From Felis catus (Eukaryota), in contig NC_058368.1 in the NCBI RefSeq assembly GCF_018350175.1, forward strand, positions 50,097,815 through 50,161,814: a stretch of 64,000 bases of DNA, given 5' to 3'. The number at the start of each line of letters is the position of its first letter. The stretch's first letter is position 1. Made by a program: the position numbers and the translations under genes. Positions 60,767 to 64,000 of this stretch are shown piece after piece. The notes beneath the pieces are model-generated. The model saw nothing but the letters and a program-made list of their open reading frames with translations, was not told the DNA's origin and did no database searches.

Positions 60767-61267
60767 CTGTGGTTCTCAACTATGGGCAATTTTGCCTTCC
60801 ACGGGGCGTTTGGCAATGTCTGGAGACATTTCTGATTGTCATAGCAAGTGTGAACAGAGTGCTTCTGGTAGCCAGTGGATAAGGCCAGGAATGCTGTTAA
60901 CCCCCTGCGATGCACAGTATAACTCCCCCACAGTGAGGAACTGTACAGTTCAAAAATTTTAATGCTGGGGTGCCTGGGTGGCTCAGTCAGTTGAGTGTCT
61001 GACTCTTGATTTCATTTCAGATCATGATCTCATGGTTTGTGAATTTGAGCCCTGCATTGGGCTCTACGCTGGTGGTTCAGAGGCTGCTTGGGATTCTCTA
61101 TCTCCCTCTCTCTCTGCCTCTCCCCTGCTCATGCGTTTCTCTCTCCCTCTCCCTCTCTCTTTCTCTCTCTACCCCTTCCTCCTTCCCTCCCTCCTTCAAA
61201 AATAAATGAATAAACAAATTTAAAAAACCCAACAAAATATTAATGCTGCCAAGGTTGAGAAACCCTT
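60767..61267. mobile_element. MER20 DNA transposon interrupted by a Can-SINE
   Basis: ctgtggttctcaac...tttggcaatgtctggagacatt...[SINE]...gccaaggttgagaaaccct. Confidence 0.88.
60967..61233 (+). mobile_element. Can-SINE nested in MER20
   Basis: TSD aaaat[t/a]ttaatgctg (60953-60967 / 61234-61248). Confidence 0.95.
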
Positions 61268-62329
61268 CCTGGGCTAAATTTATATTGCCTCTGTGAACCT
61301 TTGGATTAAATAAAATTGTGAAAACTTTAGGGTTTTTTTTCTACCTTGGAATTGCTCTGGTAAATATTAAAGTGAGGCTTATCTAGAATGGTAAAATTTA
61401 GGACTGAAATGATAAAATTGGGGTAGGGATTTTTTTGAGGGGGGAAGGAGTACTAATTTTTCCCATAGTGGAAATTACAACTTTGAAACAAGTATTAGAG
61501 GCAAGAGAGAATAATTTACTTCTGAGCAATATGGGGACTTTTGAATGTGTAACATGAACAAACAGTTTAGTATGTAACACTTTGACAATACGGGATTTAT
61601 ATTCTACACACACATGGCACATTTAATATTAATTATAGCTGAGGAATTAGCAGAGTGATAACTTACTGATAACAATTTATATCCTCTTATGCTTTGCTGC
61701 AAAGAATTTTCATGTGTATCAGGAAGTAGGTAAGTTTTTACATGCTAGGCACCTGAAATATATCTTAATTTTCACAAACCTAAATGTAGATAATAGCTTT
61801 TTATATATATAAGAAAATGTCCTTTATGAAACTAACTAAAAAATTTTCCCATTTCATCTTGTGATTAATTTATAATCTTATTAATTTATAGTTGATGGGT
61901 ACTTGTCTTACAGAAACCATACTCATAAAGGCTTAGCAGTGGTGACGTGGGGAATCTACACTTTGTAGTTGTTCTCTCACTCTGAGAGTTATTGTGATGT
62001 ATTTCATTTACGTAGAAGTCTCCTAAAACGCGTTTTGGCAATTTTCCATCTGTGGAATACCAAAATGGGTTGTATGTTCAAGATAGTGGAACATATGTCT
62101 AAACTTTTCCAGAAAAGATGGTTATGGGGAGCTTCTGACATTGTCTCTAGGAGACAGGTTTACACAAGACATGGCTACTGCCATAGGTAGGTTTTTGAGC
62201 CAACACTTTGAGAAAATATTGAGCGACCTATTTCAGGATAATGTAGAGAGTTAATGGTTCTTTTCAGAATCAAAAAAGAAGTAAGTTATTTAAAAATAGA
62301 TATGATGGTGAAAAGTGCGACTGCACTAA

Positions 62330-62530
62330 TGCTAAAACACAGTCTTAGTATGGATTTTAGTCTATGGAAAGTATGGGTCACATCAAGTCTTAATAGTTTT
62401 ATGACTCTGGGAAAGTTTTAAGCTTTTGGAGTCTGAGTTACCTAATTGGTAATCATTAGATGACTGTGGTGATTAAAGGAGATAATACACAGTAGTCAAT
62501 ATAATGGTTAATAGTAAGTGCTTTATAAAG
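62330..62530 (+). mobile_element. MIR SINE (degraded)
   Basis: atgactctgggaaagttt...gtctgagttacctaatt...gtggtgattaaaggagataatacac. Confidence 0.55.
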
Positions 62531-62635
62531 GCAATTATTTTAATATGCATTGTATAATTAAGCATAAAGTGAGCTTAAAACAGAACACAATTGTAAAATA
62601 CTTCAATACTATCAGTGTCTTTTAAGAGTTTAGTA

Positions 62636-62858
62636 GGGGCGCCTGGGTGGCTCAGTTGGTTGGGCGTCCAACTTCAGCTCAGGTCATGATCTCGCTGTTG
62701 GTGGGTTCGAGCCCTGCGTCGGGCTCTGTGCTGACAGTTCAGAGTGTGGAGCCTGCTTCAAATTCTGTGTCTCCTCCTCTGTCTGCCCCTCCCATGCTCA
62801 TGCTGTGTCTTGCTCTGTCTCTCAATAATAAATAAAACATTTTAAAAAATACAAAAAA
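62636..62858 (+). mobile_element. Can-SINE
   Basis: ggggcgcctgggtggctcag head. TSD aaga[g/t]tttagta. Confidence 0.95.
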
Positions 62859-63369
62859 AAGATTTTAGTAACAGTTGTGCCAAAAATATGAAAAAAAAAT
62901 TCAAACTCTAAGTAAAATGGATTTCTTATTGTAGGACTTCTCAGAACTTTAATTTGCTATTGTGTATATTTAAGAAGAAAATACACACCACTACACAAAA
63001 AATTTCTACCTTAAATCCCATTAAAATTTTGCTAGCTTCTCGTGTTCTGTGGCACATAGTTTGAGAAACACTGACTTTGAAAGTACCTCGCTTAGCATGT
63101 TCCAATATCATGATGCTAGAAGACTTAGGCTAATAGTTGAACTTCATACTGACTTGGAAAATGGGCTACAGCATCTCGAAGGACACCTGAGCTATGTAGT
63201 TCAGTATTCTCATAAATTGTGTCTTTAGGACACCAGTGGTTTTGACAAGATTTTTGTTGATAATTCATTCTTTTTCCTCCTTTGAGGAGGAGAAGCAGCC
63301 AGTAATTTAATAATTATGTGTACATGTGTAAGATATTATAAGAGTTTAAAAAACAATCCAATAATAACT

Positions 63370-64000
63370 CTTCAGCTCTCTTCTTAACAGCATGTTTTGA
63401 CCCTGTTGGCCCCTCCATCTTCTTCCCTTCCATCTGGTGTGCCACTCTTCCCATCACACTGGGTGGTCCTCTGTCTGCTTTGCTGGTTTCTTCTCTCTTT
63501 TTTAATTTTTTTTAACGTTTTTTTTTGAGACAGAGAGAGACAGAGAGAGACAGAGCATGAACAGGGGAGGGTCAGAGAGAGGGAGACACAGAATCTGAAA
63601 CAGTCTCCAGGCTCTGAGCTGTCAGCACAGAGCCCGACGCGGGGCTCGAACTCACGGACCGCGAGATCATGACCTGAGCCGAAGTCGGCCGCCCAACCGA
63701 CTGAGCCACCCAGGCGCCCTTCTTCTCTATTTCTTAAACCTTACATGTTGGGTTTTCCAGAGCTCAGTCCCTACATCTCTTCTCTATTTAGCCTTATTTT
63801 CTAGGTGATACTATTTTAGCATTATGACCTTACATTTCGTCTCTATGATGACAGTTCCCCAAATTATATCTCCAACCTAGATTCCTAGCTTGACCATCTC
63901 ACTTGTGTGTCTAATTACCAATTCACATTTCTATTGTATCTGTTAATTGTCTCAACCTTAACATGTCTGAAACCAAAACCCGCTATTTCCATTGCTGCTG
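63370..64000 (+). mobile_element. L2 fragment interrupted by a SINE
   Basis: Pyrimidine-rich L2 tracts: ctctatgatgacagttcccaaattatatctccaacctaga...aaccttaacatgtctgaaacca. Confidence 0.7.
63497..63719 (-). mobile_element. Young felid Can-SINE
   Basis: CpG-intact body (gcccgacgcggggctcgaactcacggaccgcgag). TSD ttcttctct. Confidence 0.96.

Noticed and set aside
339..62835. The 60-139 aa ORFs in the supplied track as protein-coding genes
   Set aside because: They overlap SINEs, L1/L2/MIR or microsatellites, or have no recognisable protein character. Many start at non-ATG codons. The real coding sequence is three spliced exons that the track does not translate.
1..64000. CRISPR arrays, operons or other prokaryotic-type systems
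   Set aside because: The sequence is mammalian intron/exon DNA. The recurring ~200-nt repeats are dispersed SINEs, not regularly spaced repeat-spacer units.

Overview
Mammalian genomic DNA, almost certainly felid given the cat-type Can-SINEs. The window lies inside the LMO7 (LIM domain 7) gene on the + strand. Three short GT-AG coding exons (4350-4420, 18068-18137, 36927-37033) splice in frame to give the calponin-homology region [82 protein letters not shown](R). The rest is intron. It holds 24 tRNA-derived carnivore SINEs (most with visible target-site duplications, TSDs), L1, L2, MIR and CR1/L3 fragments, MaLR LTRs, hAT DNA-transposon relics (MER20/MER5) and microsatellites. None of the supplied ORFs looks like a real gene. 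I found no convincing novel multi-gene system. The most interesting signals are a candidate internal promoter/non-coding first exon that would give a CH-less LMO7 isoform, a candidate 19-nt poison microexon, a palindromic AT-rich templated insertion, two L1 5'-inversion structures, a templated insertion inside a SINE, and a CR1 reverse-transcriptase motif relic. Repeat subfamily names and the boundaries of old repeats come from recalled consensus sequences and are approximate.
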